A stretch of DNA of 34,714 bases from a virus (lineage: Duplodnaviria; Caudoviricetes). Below the pieces are notes generated by a model. That model was not told the origin of the DNA. It saw only the letters and a list, made by a program, of their open reading frames with translations, and searched no databases. Of the stretch, positions 8,615 through 17,433 are shown piece by piece (within the stretch, counting starts at the first letter, position 1; every line of letters begins with the position of its first letter). The stretch covers positions 1 through 34,714 of the IMG/VR virus record IMGVR_UViG_3300016474_000243, one strand, 5' to 3'. A program made the translations under genes and the position numbers.

Positions 8615-9489
8615 GCAAAGTCTACATTACCATAAAAGTTAGTGCTTGCCGCTGTAGCCGCTCCAGCAAAATAAAGCCAAGTTAGACAAGCGCCGTCCAT
8701 AATTCTAGGCATTGAAGGAAGCTGATTAACTAAGTCACGTTCTCCAGCTACGCCTGCTGTAGTAAGCGGCAAAGTAAGAAGTGGTCTTGCTAAACAAAGC
8801 GCTCCGCTACCTGCTGTTGCAGCACCAGAGAATGTAACACTAGCTACGTTTTGAACACCTGAATCTCCAGAAGCTAATGGAAGAAACGGGCCATAGTTAT
8901 TAGCAGCTATTCCTGAATGAGAGATGTGACCAACGATAGCTGATGCTGTCATAGAAACAGTAACAGGCAGCGTGTTGCCTCCAGTACCGCCTTGGTCAGT
9001 ATATGAAACAGAAATGTTTTGTGCTCCTGTACCTGCTGCAACTGTCTGAACCCAAAACAACCTACAACCTGCTCCGTTAGCATATCGAAGCGAAGGAGTG
9101 CCGCTTAATGTTTGTGCTGATGCTGTTGTGTTGCTTATACCAGGCCAATAACCTTGTAGGTCAACAAGCATTAACTGCGATGGAACACCTGTACCAATAG
9201 CAGTAAGAGCACCTACGTTTAATACATGCTTTGTATCTGGACTTACGTTACCGCCGTGAGGTAAACCAAAAATTTGCGTACCATTACCTGTAGTTTCGTT
9301 ACACGTTGTCCAGGTAAGAGATGTTCCTGCAAAAGCGTTAGCTACTGGATAGCCTCCTAAAACACTAAAATCGTACCAACGACCTGCGGTATAAGCAGCA
9401 GCACCAGTAATTTTATTAAAGTCAGTTCGGACAAACTTGCCGTTTGTAGTAACCTCATTTACTAAATCATCAATAGATGAAAATCCCAT
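8605..9489 (-). CDS. Beta-rich putative virion protein, paralogue of 9492-10349
   Basis: MGFSSIDD start; LVDLQGYW, LRYANGAG, FLPLASGDSGV, MPRIMDGACL and terminal WG. Confidence 0.7.
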   Translation of the reverse strand: MGFSSIDDLVNEVTTNGKFVRTDFNKITGAAAYTAGRWYDFSVLGGYPVANAFAGTSLTWTTCNETTGNGTQIFGLPHGGNVSPDTKHVLNVGALTAIGTGVPSQLMLVDLQGYWPGISNTTASAQTLSGTPSLRYANGAGCRLFWVQTVAAGTGAQNISVSYTDQGGTGGNTLPVTVSMTASAIVGHISHSGIAANNYGPFLPLASGDSGVQNVASVTFSGAATAGSGALCLARPLLTLPLTTAGVAGERDLVNQLPSMPRIMDGACLTWLYFAGAATAASTNFYGNVDFAWG

Positions 9490-9491
9490 AG

Positions 9492-10349
9492 TTATCCCCA
9501 GACAAAGTTAAAATATCCATGAATCGGAGCAATCGTACTGGCTAGCGCTGAATGAGCATAAATCATCAAAGCAGCGCCATCCTCTAGTTTTGGCATTGTA
9601 ATTCCTTGCTGCGTAATAAAGTTTTTTTCAGTAACTATGTTATTTTCACTTGTTACGGTACGAGCAAAAGGCTTAACCAACAATATGTTCATCAAACCGC
9701 CAACGGCAGTATCAAATTGAATACTATTTATTTGCCTAACGCCTAAATCTCCAGCATCAAGACTTAAAAATAAGGATGTAGCATTTGCGGAAAATGCGTT
9801 TGACGCACAAGAAGCTACTTGTGTAGCAGTTCTTTGTAAATTAGTAGAAGTTATAGTTTTTGTTTGCCCAAGATGATTTACGTATTCGATTGTTGCGATG
9901 TTAGATCCACTTGTTGCAACGCTATTTTGTATCACTATCTGTACGCCTTCGCCTGATGTGTAACGAGGTAGCGTTAATGTGTTATCCATTGTTTGCAAAT
10001 CTATTGAATCAGAATCAATAGCAGCGTAAAAGCCAAGCAAATCACAAAGCGTAAAAGTAGCACGAGCCGTAGTGCTATTATGCCTCATTTCCCAGGTCAT
10101 TATATACTTTGATTGACCTGCTGGCGGTGTTGGGCCAGTAAACACAAACTTGTTTCTGTCGTGTGATTGTGGCGTAAACGCTAATGGAGTAGCTGCGTAT
10201 GGATTAAGCACAGGAATGCCTGAGTTGCCAGATAAATCTGAAGTAACGCCTAAAGTTTGTCCAACCACTCCAGCTTTGTAATAATGCTGCGACCAAAACT
10301 GACCGTTATCAAGAGCAGTAGTGATGTCAGCGATACTAGAAAAGCCCAT
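9492..10349 (-). CDS. Beta-rich putative virion protein, paralogue of 8605-9489
   Basis: MGFSSIAD start; LCDLLGFY, PRYTSGEG, FLSLDAGDLGV, MPKLEDGAAL and terminal WG. Confidence 0.7.
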   Translation of the reverse strand: MGFSSIADITTALDNGQFWSQHYYKAGVVGQTLGVTSDLSGNSGIPVLNPYAATPLAFTPQSHDRNKFVFTGPTPPAGQSKYIMTWEMRHNSTTARATFTLCDLLGFYAAIDSDSIDLQTMDNTLTLPRYTSGEGVQIVIQNSVATSGSNIATIEYVNHLGQTKTITSTNLQRTATQVASCASNAFSANATSLFLSLDAGDLGVRQINSIQFDTAVGGLMNILLVKPFARTVTSENNIVTEKNFITQQGITMPKLEDGAALMIYAHSALASTIAPIHGYFNFVWG

Positions 10350-10491
10350 CGACTGTTTCCTCTATAAGCTCATCTTGCTGTATTGCTGCCCCAGTCCACT
10401 CCACTGCGCCATTGGGATGGTCAATGCAACGCTCGATGTTTCCATCGACACATAGCAAAAGTCGTCCACAATGAGCGCAGTAGTATTCCAT
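10336..10491 (-). CDS. 51-aa Cys/His microprotein (not in ORF track)
   Basis: MEYYCAHCGRLLLCVDGNIERCIDHPNG...; TAATG overlap with the upstream stop; exactly fills the gap between two genes. Confidence 0.7.
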   Translation of the reverse strand: MEYYCAHCGRLLLCVDGNIERCIDHPNGAVEWTGAAIQQDELIEETVDGLF

Positions 10492-10931
10492 TAGTCTACC
10501 GTAGCTGTTAATGCACCAGCGGCAAACTGTGGCTGAATACCGCTACTAATTGCAAGCGATGAAGTCAACGCACCTTTAAGAAGCAAGTTACCGGCACCAG
10601 ACAAATCAGTACCAATACCAAAATGCGTAACCGTAGCAGAACCTCCGGTGCACTGTGCAAACTGTGCAAGTGCAGTGTTCGATATTGTACTTACGCTTCT
10701 AGTCCAGCCGCCAGCAGTTCGTGCTATCGCAATACGAGCATAACCTGTGTAGGATGCCTCGTTTGTCGACTGATTGCCAGCTTCGCCTGGATCGGACGTA
10801 TGCAAGCTAATGTAGAAACTACCTGCGGTGGCAGAGTTTTGCAAACCAGCGGCATCGCCGATGTTAGCCCAATCTACGTTAAGAAACAGAAGATCCAGCA
10901 ACGCTGCTTCTGCGGCATTAGTCATTGACAT
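10491..10931 (-). CDS. Small beta-sandwich structural protein (family often labelled phage tail fibre protein)
   Basis: YISLHTSDPGEAG...NEASYTGYAR, VTHFGIG and PQFAAGAL motifs. Confidence 0.65.
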   Translation of the reverse strand: MSMTNAAEAALLDLLFLNVDWANIGDAAGLQNSATAGSFYISLHTSDPGEAGNQSTNEASYTGYARIAIARTAGGWTRSVSTISNTALAQFAQCTGGSATVTHFGIGTDLSGAGNLLLKGALTSSLAISSGIQPQFAAGALTATVD

Positions 10932-10933
10932 AA

Positions 10934-13534
10934 TTAGTCCTCATCAATGTTATCAATAGACAAAGTTGTATTTCCCATGTCATCCGTTCCTATAGTACCT
11001 AACTTCTTACTTGGCTTTGGGATGATATTGTTTATTACTATCGGTTGTTGTTTGCCGTTTTCGCTTATAGGTTGTGGTTTATTTTGTATGTTTTCCATGC
11101 TCATGCGGATTCGCTCTAGCTGCTGCTCTGAAGCAAGTCTACGCTCCTCCATGAGCTTTTCAGACTCAGACAGTCTAATACGCATTTGCTCAAGTTCAAG
11201 TTTTTGAATTTCCAGAATGTGCTGCATCTGGCTTGATTCTTGCTTAATAAGTGCTTTATCAGCTTCAGATTGTGCTGATGACTGAACTTTAAGCATATCA
11301 ACTTGAACGCTTTGAGCTTTAATCTGCACTTCTTGCTGAGAAATAGCCAATTTTTGTTGCTCAAGAAACTCTTTAAATTGCTGGTCTTGTACGCGCAACT
11401 GAGCTTCTAATTGGTCGCGTTGCATCTTGAGTTGTTGCTCTTGTGCTGCAAGTTGGTTTTTTACTGCCTTATCTTGCATATCCATCTGAGTAACTTGCAT
11501 TCGTGCTTGCGACTCTATTTGAGCAATCTGCATCCTACCTTGTATTTCCAGCGTCTTCGGATCAGGCGGAGGCGGCTGCTTAGCTGCTTCTTCTTTAGCT
11601 TTAGATATTTCACCAATCTGTTGAAGGGCTTTGGTAAATATGCCATCTAGCTCCTTGCCTCCCTTAAAGCGTTTAATCATGTTTTGGAATAGCCCAATAC
11701 TAAACTCAATTAGTGGAGGGTATTGATCAATTAGTCCTCTCATTTGGTCAAAGAATTGACCCGCTGCTCCAATAAGAGCTTGGCCTTCCTGCTGTTGCTG
11801 GGCTTGGTCAATAGCTACCATGGAATCTGATGCTATTTGAATCCTATAACTTCGCTTTTCAGAATCTCGCAATATATCAATTATTTCAGCTTCTATTTGC
11901 TCAAGTTGCGCTTCTGGATTGCCAGGCATTTGAGCTTCCATTGCTTCTGGCGCTTCAGGCATTCCTTCTGGTTCTTCAACTGGTTCGCCACCAAAAGGCA
12001 TTTCTGGTTGCGGTGCTGGCATCTGCGGTGGCGTTGGCGGTACAATTATAACTTCACTTATTAACCTATCTGCATCGCCAATATCTAATATGCGCTCTTC
12101 ATCAAACTGCTCTGCAATAATTGTGCCAAGGTTTGATATTGCATCAGACATGAACTTATTAAACATGTTTTGACGCACTATTAGGCCAAGTGATGACCAT
12201 TGATTTTCGAGTCTATTGGCCGTAGCTGACTTGTATTGCTCTGATGTGCCTCGAAGTAGGTCAGATACCTTTAAGGTTTCATAAAGCTGCTGTAGGGCTG
12301 TCTGGCGGCTTTGCTGAAGTGTATTAAGTACATTTACAAACTGATCAACTGGCAAAAAGTTAATACCAGCAGCTAATCCACCGCGACCTTGTGCAGAAGT
12401 CCAGTTAGTAACCCCGATACCCTTTAGGTCATCTTGAAACAACTGCTCAATAAGGTCTCCCATTGTTGAATCATAAGCAAAGTTGGGACGAATAGCCTGA
12501 GTTAGCGCATGAATACGAGTTGTTAGGCGCTCTACTTCTAGGATTTGATCTTTGCAGTGAGTGTAATCTGAAACTGGTATTACACTGTCTGGATCTTGTG
12601 TTTGTCTGATAACTACACAAGGGTAGAATTTTTCAAATTTAATTGCTGGCTCTGATTCTTCAATGATTGCATCTTCTAGGCTAGTTTGAATCCAATATAC
12701 TTTATTGGTAGCTTCACACCAGCATTCCCAGACTTCAGCTTTACCTTCTATATCGGTTTTATCTTTTGCGTAATCTTTCTTGTTAGTTTCTGGGACTGAA
12801 TCATAGTTTAAGCGTTCTGCTTTTTCTGAGCCAAATAAAGTCTCTGCTTCTTCCCTATCCAAGAAGGCGCGTTTTGCTTGCCATTCGATTTCTGATTCGT
12901 TTCTAGCATCTGAGCAGCGATAATCTGAGTATTGAACGACATCAAGAATAGCTTTTTCGCTAACTTTTTGCTCAACTTCAATAGACGAGATAAGTATTCC
13001 GCCGGTAGTTTCAGTAAATTCGCTAACATCACCTTGATATGGCTTTCCATCTCCGGTAAGAAATGCACCACTAGGATCACGAATAACAGCAACTTCTTGT
13101 AATACTTTTTCAAATTTTGGCTTATATCTTGCCCATAAAACCGCTTGGCCAGTTAGTAAAAACTGTATTGCAGCGTTATGCCCGACCTTATCAAAGTCAA
13201 AATGGCAATCCATGCTGTACTGAGTATTACGCTCCAGGATAACACTACCTAATTCGTAAGGTATGCCACCTGCTCTTTTTCGTAGGTTTACTTCTGCTTT
13301 TGGAGTGGAACTATAATAAGCTGGTAAAAGTGTATTAGTGCAATACCACCAAACGTTTAACCGTCTTGGTGCGTCTTTTAGTGTTTCAATCTGAGGAATA
13401 GCGTTGAACACCCTAATTGATTCTTCTGCGGCTTTTACAAACTTTTCGTATCTTTTTTCAGCGTTATTGAGTTGGGATTTCCACCAGCGGCTTGAGTACT
13501 TTTTAACTAGAGGTCTTGGTGTTTTTTGTTTCAT
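10934..13534 (-). CDS. Portal protein with long C-terminal coiled coil
   Basis: 866 aa directly after TerL; GQAVLWARY, DLLRG...SATANRL motifs and a Q-rich barrel-like tail. Confidence 0.85.
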   Translation of the reverse strand: MKQKTPRPLVKKYSSRWWKSQLNNAEKRYEKFVKAAEESIRVFNAIPQIETLKDAPRRLNVWWYCTNTLLPAYYSSTPKAEVNLRKRAGGIPYELGSVILERNTQYSMDCHFDFDKVGHNAAIQFLLTGQAVLWARYKPKFEKVLQEVAVIRDPSGAFLTGDGKPYQGDVSEFTETTGGILISSIEVEQKVSEKAILDVVQYSDYRCSDARNESEIEWQAKRAFLDREEAETLFGSEKAERLNYDSVPETNKKDYAKDKTDIEGKAEVWECWCEATNKVYWIQTSLEDAIIEESEPAIKFEKFYPCVVIRQTQDPDSVIPVSDYTHCKDQILEVERLTTRIHALTQAIRPNFAYDSTMGDLIEQLFQDDLKGIGVTNWTSAQGRGGLAAGINFLPVDQFVNVLNTLQQSRQTALQQLYETLKVSDLLRGTSEQYKSATANRLENQWSSLGLIVRQNMFNKFMSDAISNLGTIIAEQFDEERILDIGDADRLISEVIIVPPTPPQMPAPQPEMPFGGEPVEEPEGMPEAPEAMEAQMPGNPEAQLEQIEAEIIDILRDSEKRSYRIQIASDSMVAIDQAQQQQEGQALIGAAGQFFDQMRGLIDQYPPLIEFSIGLFQNMIKRFKGGKELDGIFTKALQQIGEISKAKEEAAKQPPPPDPKTLEIQGRMQIAQIESQARMQVTQMDMQDKAVKNQLAAQEQQLKMQRDQLEAQLRVQDQQFKEFLEQQKLAISQQEVQIKAQSVQVDMLKVQSSAQSEADKALIKQESSQMQHILEIQKLELEQMRIRLSESEKLMEERRLASEQQLERIRMSMENIQNKPQPISENGKQQPIVINNIIPKPSKKLGTIGTDDMGNTTLSIDNIDED

Positions 13535-14937
13535 ATTCTAGGTCTTGCTGCTCTAGTCCGCATTTTTTGGATATAACTTTGTAACTTAACGATACCTTTA
13601 CCAACTACTTCTGCGGGTTCTTCCCATTTAGCATCTATTAAACGTCCTTTACAGAGATATCTCAAGGCATCCACGGCATGGTCATTGCCTGTAGTGTCTA
13701 AATCCTCTGGCTTTCGTTTGTCTATAGTCATGGATGGTAAGGTTTCTAGTAAATATGGGCAACTAGCAAATATATACAGAAGGGGAGGATTAGCTACTAG
13801 CCTTTGCCTAATTTGCGCCCAACCAGACTGTCTATCGTTATCGGCTCTTCTAAAACTAGGGAATTTGTACTTCATAAAGACCGCAGTTAATTGGTCATTT
13901 ATGCTTGGGCCACCCTCGTTTTTGAATATGCTAGGGTCAGCAAAGCCTAATGGGTTTTCTCCCACGGATACAGATCCGATTCTGTTGGCTTGTTCGACGT
14001 TATCAACGCCTTTACCCCACATTTCTCTATAGATAACAATGCTGCCTTTTGGATACGGTACTTCACGACCTCCGTCATCACGTCCAGAACTAACAGCACC
14101 CCAGACAGCAGCAAAAGGAGAGTTATAACCCCAATCATAGCCCATATAACGGGGCCAATGTTTAGGAACATTAAAAGGCCGAACGATATGTTTAGAGCTA
14201 AACTCAGGAAAGTAACTGCCTTCATGTATTTCAAAATCTCCTTCTAGCCATGCTCGCACTAGCTCTGGACTACCTACCATGTGCAAGCGGTTTATATAAT
14301 CAGGGTCTCTAGCTAACAGAATTTGATTGTCAGTTACTCGACTTGGTATGTAAATGTAATCAAAACTAGAACCATTACCCAACTTTTTTTCTAGGATTTG
14401 CATCCCTTTTGGTGCTGGCTTGATAAACATTTCTTTTAGCCAGCTATGACCTACACCACCAGGGTTAAACGTAAGGATGATTTGACCGCCTCCCTTGCCT
14501 CGTAGTGCTCCGAATAGCTTCCAAATACAGCTTGGGTCAGAGTAGTTTCCTGCCTCTTCTATAGCGCAATCTGAAAGGTTTTGGCCCTGATATTTTTCAG
14601 CATCAGCATCATTAGCTAAAGGTCTAAAACGTAAGCGACCGCCCTTTGGGAAGGTGAATTGTTTTTTCTGGTCTTGCCAATGCGCTTTAAGCGGTAAGTA
14701 TATTTGTTTGGCACGTTCAATAAGGTCATCAGCTTGAGGAAGTTCTTTACGAAAAAAGATACAGTTAAAATCGATACCAAGCTGCTCTTGTTTGATAGCA
14801 AACTTACCCAAAACACCATCAGTTTTACCTCCACCTCGCGCACCACCATAGCCGATAAGAGTAATAGGGCAGTTTACCAAAGCCTCCTGAGGGCCGGATT
14901 GCGGTTGCCATATTACATTTATATCAGTAATATCCAC
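13531..14937 (-). CDS. terL: Terminase large subunit
   Basis: WQPQSGPQ, Walker A GGARGGGKT, Walker B CAIEE, TFNPGG, nuclease motifs GYDWG and DHAVDALRY. Confidence 0.96.
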   Translation of the reverse strand: MDITDINVIWQPQSGPQEALVNCPITLIGYGGARGGGKTDGVLGKFAIKQEQLGIDFNCIFFRKELPQADDLIERAKQIYLPLKAHWQDQKKQFTFPKGGRLRFRPLANDADAEKYQGQNLSDCAIEEAGNYSDPSCIWKLFGALRGKGGGQIILTFNPGGVGHSWLKEMFIKPAPKGMQILEKKLGNGSSFDYIYIPSRVTDNQILLARDPDYINRLHMVGSPELVRAWLEGDFEIHEGSYFPEFSSKHIVRPFNVPKHWPRYMGYDWGYNSPFAAVWGAVSSGRDDGGREVPYPKGSIVIYREMWGKGVDNVEQANRIGSVSVGENPLGFADPSIFKNEGGPSINDQLTAVFMKYKFPSFRRADNDRQSGWAQIRQRLVANPPLLYIFASCPYLLETLPSMTIDKRKPEDLDTTGNDHAVDALRYLCKGRLIDAKWEEPAEVVGKGIVKLQSYIQKMRTRAARPRI

Positions 14938-14940
14938 AAG

Positions 14941-15438
14941 TTATACCACTATTTTCCATTTTTTATTAGTCACTATGTTGTAAATATGCTTACTATTTAC
15001 TTTAAATTGTGCAGCTAAACTGCGTGTCGTATGACCGCCATTTGTGTAAAGCTTGCGAATTTCTAAAACTTGCTCTGGTTTTAATTTTGCATCTCTGTGT
15101 TTTGAACCATGCCAAGCACGACCTTTTTTTGCCATATCTTGCATGTTTTCTTGATGCGTTCCTAAAAACAAATGATTTGGATTAACGCATTGAGGATTAT
15201 CACAATAGTGCAAAACGTGTTTATCGTTTATTGGCCCAACAAATAACTCATAAACTAAACGATGCGTTTTGTATTGTCGGCAATTATTACGATTGCCTTT
15301 TTCACGCACTTTAAAACATCCATATCCGTTTCTTCGCCCTAATGCTCCAATCCAATAATGACAATCGCTAAACGGAATTTGCACAATGTATCGATTAAGT
15401 CGCTCTATAATGTGTTCTTTTGTATATCCCATTATCAT
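14941..15438 (-). CDS. Free-standing HNH homing endonuclease with C-terminal HTH
   Basis: THRLVY...VLHYCDNPQCVNPNHL.LGTHQENMQD; visibly AT-rich relative to the flanks. Confidence 0.9.
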   Translation of the reverse strand: MIMGYTKEHIIERLNRYIVQIPFSDCHYWIGALGRRNGYGCFKVREKGNRNNCRQYKTHRLVYELFVGPINDKHVLHYCDNPQCVNPNHLFLGTHQENMQDMAKKGRAWHGSKHRDAKLKPEQVLEIRKLYTNGGHTTRSLAAQFKVNSKHIYNIVTNKKWKIVV

Positions 15439-15474
15439 GGGGGCCAGTATAGCACCACCAACTGATTACAACAA
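15439..15474 (-). promoter_or_regulatory. Sigma70-type promoter for the HNH gene (probably leaderless)
   Basis: TTGTTG-17 nt-TATACT with an extended -10 TG; the ATG lies 7 nt after the -10. Confidence 0.55.
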
Positions 15475-15520
15475 GCCCAGACAAGCTGCTCATCAAGGCG
15501 TTGTTCTGCTACGCAATCAC

Positions 15521-15730
15521 TCACTTTCCACTCACCATCACGACATTATCGGCATAGATTCGCTCTACGTTACACTTAGGATTCTGGCAGTAAAAATACT
15601 CGCCTGTAACACCGCTAACCATACCATACGCAAAGGACGGCTCCCCAGCCTTAATAGTACTAACATGATTACAGCATGGACACCTTCGATTAACATCATT
15701 TTCTTCTTTAACGCTATGCTCTATCCCCAT
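15521..15730 (-). CDS. Small zinc-ribbon protein
   Basis: CPCC...CQNPKC in 69 aa. Confidence 0.65.
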   Translation of the reverse strand: MGIEHSVKEENDVNRRCPCCNHVSTIKAGEPSFAYGMVSGVTGEYFYCQNPKCNVERIYADNVVMVSGK

Positions 15731-15897
15731 ACCTTTTTATACTCCGCTTCACTGACTTTTACTCTTTTTGCTTCCAAAACCTTCCCGCAACGCCTTCCAC
15801 CACAAGGAAACCAAAATAAATTTGTGACAATTAAACCTAAGTGAAAGCAATAGTTACACCGATAATAAACTGTTTGAAAAATAATTGCTCTTGACAA
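15721..15897 (-). CDS. 58-aa putative zinc-ribbon microprotein (TTG start; not in ORF track)
   Basis: YRCNYCFH...FPCGGRRCGK; the stop overlaps the start region of the next gene. Confidence 0.5.
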   Translation of the reverse strand: MSRAIIFQTVYYRCNYCFHLGLIVTNLFWFPCGGRRCGKVLEAKRVKVSEAEYKKVWG

Positions 15898-16022
15898 GTT
15901 ATAAACATTGCCCCCCTAATACCCCTTACAGCGTCTTAACCCCCTTTTAATGTTCCGTTTGGTCAAAGTGTATTTCATCCAAGTGCAGCAGCACCCCCAC
16001 CCCTAACCCCTAATAGGGGAAG

Positions 16023-16487
16023 TCACTCCTGAGTGAGATATTTTGCGATAAACTCTTCTTTGCTCATAGGCTTATTGCTTACTACACTTCGTACCTCTCC
16101 AGATATCTCAATCTGATGCTGCTCACTCCAACCTAACTTGGTTTTTAGCAGATGAAGTAATACAGGAGTGTTGCCATTCATAGCCTCAGATATAGCTACA
16201 CTAGCTAAACCTTTCTGCATCTCAGCCTGCCCAGAAAGATACTCCTCTAAGTAGTATTTTTCTAAAATATAAGTACTAATTCTAGCTGTCATTGCTGTAG
16301 AACTTTTTGACAAACCATGTTTTGCTAGGTCACGAATTTGCAATCCTAGCTGCTCATCCTTCTGGTGATCACGAGTCTGAGGTATCACCCGCATCACAGG
16401 TGGAAGCACCTCTACCACTACTTCCGGCTCCGTAAAATTTGCCAACTCCTTAGTTTCGTCGCCCTGTTTTAAATCATTCTCAGACAT
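16023..16487 (-). CDS. terS: Terminase small subunit
   Basis: HTH-like segment, AMNGNTPVLLHLLKTKLGWSE and IEISGEV tail; first gene of the late block. ATG at 16487 preferred. Confidence 0.7.
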   Translation of the reverse strand: MSENDLKQGDETKELANFTEPEVVVEVLPPVMRVIPQTRDHQKDEQLGLQIRDLAKHGLSKSSTAMTARISTYILEKYYLEEYLSGQAEMQKGLASVAISEAMNGNTPVLLHLLKTKLGWSEQHQIEISGEVRSVVSNKPMSKEEFIAKYLTQE

Positions 16488-16709
16488 AAAAATTATGCTC
16501 CATAAATGCAGAACATTGGTTGAATACACATACCGGAATTTTATATGGGTGGTGAGATATAGCTAGTACCGGTACCCTGTCGATTTTCAAATTTGCTTTG
16601 GATTTGGGATTTGTAGCTATGCTTGTGTAGCGTAAGGTACTGAAATGATTATGGAAATACATATACCTAACTAGTTTTCTAATTCTAGTAACCTAACTAT
16701 GCAAGGTAA

Positions 16710-17069
16710 CTACGCGATATCATTAATCATTTGCATAAAGTCATCGGTACTCATACCACTTGCGGCATAGAGTGCTGCTACTTCGCACATGTGATACACA
16801 CGCTTGGTACGCTCTCTATACCGTAACTGATACTCTGATATACCTAACACCTTGGCCATTGCACTACGGGGCATGCCTGTTATCTTACGCACTGCCTGAT
16901 ACAGATTGCCGCGACCTTGAGGCAGAGTGTGGTAATGTCCGACTGGTATTCGTGCGGTAGTAGTTCTCTTACCTTTCCAAGGCATATTGCTTAAATATCC
17001 ATGGTTTCCATGCGACCACATGCTCTCAGCCTGCCTGATTATTTCATCCAGCGCAAAAATAATTTTCAC
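16710..17069 (-). CDS. XRE/Cro-like HTH DNA-binding protein
   Basis: VRKITGMPRSAMAKVLGISEYQLRYRE. The true start may be internal (about 16985). No S24 peptidase domain seen. Confidence 0.65.
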   Translation of the reverse strand: MKIIFALDEIIRQAESMWSHGNHGYLSNMPWKGKRTTTARIPVGHYHTLPQGRGNLYQAVRKITGMPRSAMAKVLGISEYQLRYRERTKRVYHMCEVAALYAASGMSTDDFMQMINDIA

Positions 17070-17092
17070 TTACCTCTTAACTTATTGATATC

Positions 17093-17147
17093 TTGTTTAC
17101 AATTCTTACATATAATTGTTTACAAAACACGTCAGATAGACGATACT
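17093..17147 (+). promoter_or_regulatory. Early promoter 1 with paired TTGTTTACAA operators
   Basis: TTTACA(17119)-17 nt-GATACT(17142); operator copies at 17093 and 17116. Confidence 0.7.
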
Positions 17148-17187
17148 GATTGTAGTGACAGAGAGTCACCAACTAACTAGGAGATAT

Positions 17188-17424
17188 ATGAAATATTCAA
17201 TTATTCGAGCGGCAATTTTGACTCACAAGGGTAAAGCGCTCCGTGAACGTACTGGCGACTGTGCTATGTTAAACAAGGGCTGGGCTTTATATCACGACGT
17301 AAGTACAAAGAACTTTTTTAAAGAACCTAAATTGCGGTTTGAAATTGATCCGTGGACGAGTTTATTCCTGATTTGCCGTGATGCGCTAAATTTACGAAAT
17401 AATAACAACCAACCAACTAACTAA
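17188..17424 (+). CDS. Hypothetical early protein
   Basis: AGGAG Shine-Dalgarno before ATG at 17188. Confidence 0.7.
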   Translation: MKYSIIRAAILTHKGKALRERTGDCAMLNKGWALYHDVSTKNFFKEPKLRFEIDPWTSLFLICRDALNLRNNNNQPTN

Positions 17425-17433
17425 GAGATAAAC

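Noticed and set aside
1415-14849. Many plus-strand and alternate-frame ORFs within the late genes (e.g. 4108-4389, 13685-14032, 12808-13113)
   Set aside because: They are shadows of well-supported minus-strand genes, with no SD or motif support.
15386-15844. 152-aa plus-strand ORF
   Set aside because: It is antisense to the two zinc-ribbon ORFs and the HNH start, with no recognisable features.
15891-15920. TTGACA as a plus-strand promoter
   Set aside because: There is no acceptable -10 at 16-18 bp spacing.
16530-16700. Non-coding region upstream of terS as a pac/cos site or late promoter
   Set aside because: The position is plausible, but I could not identify a specific motif.
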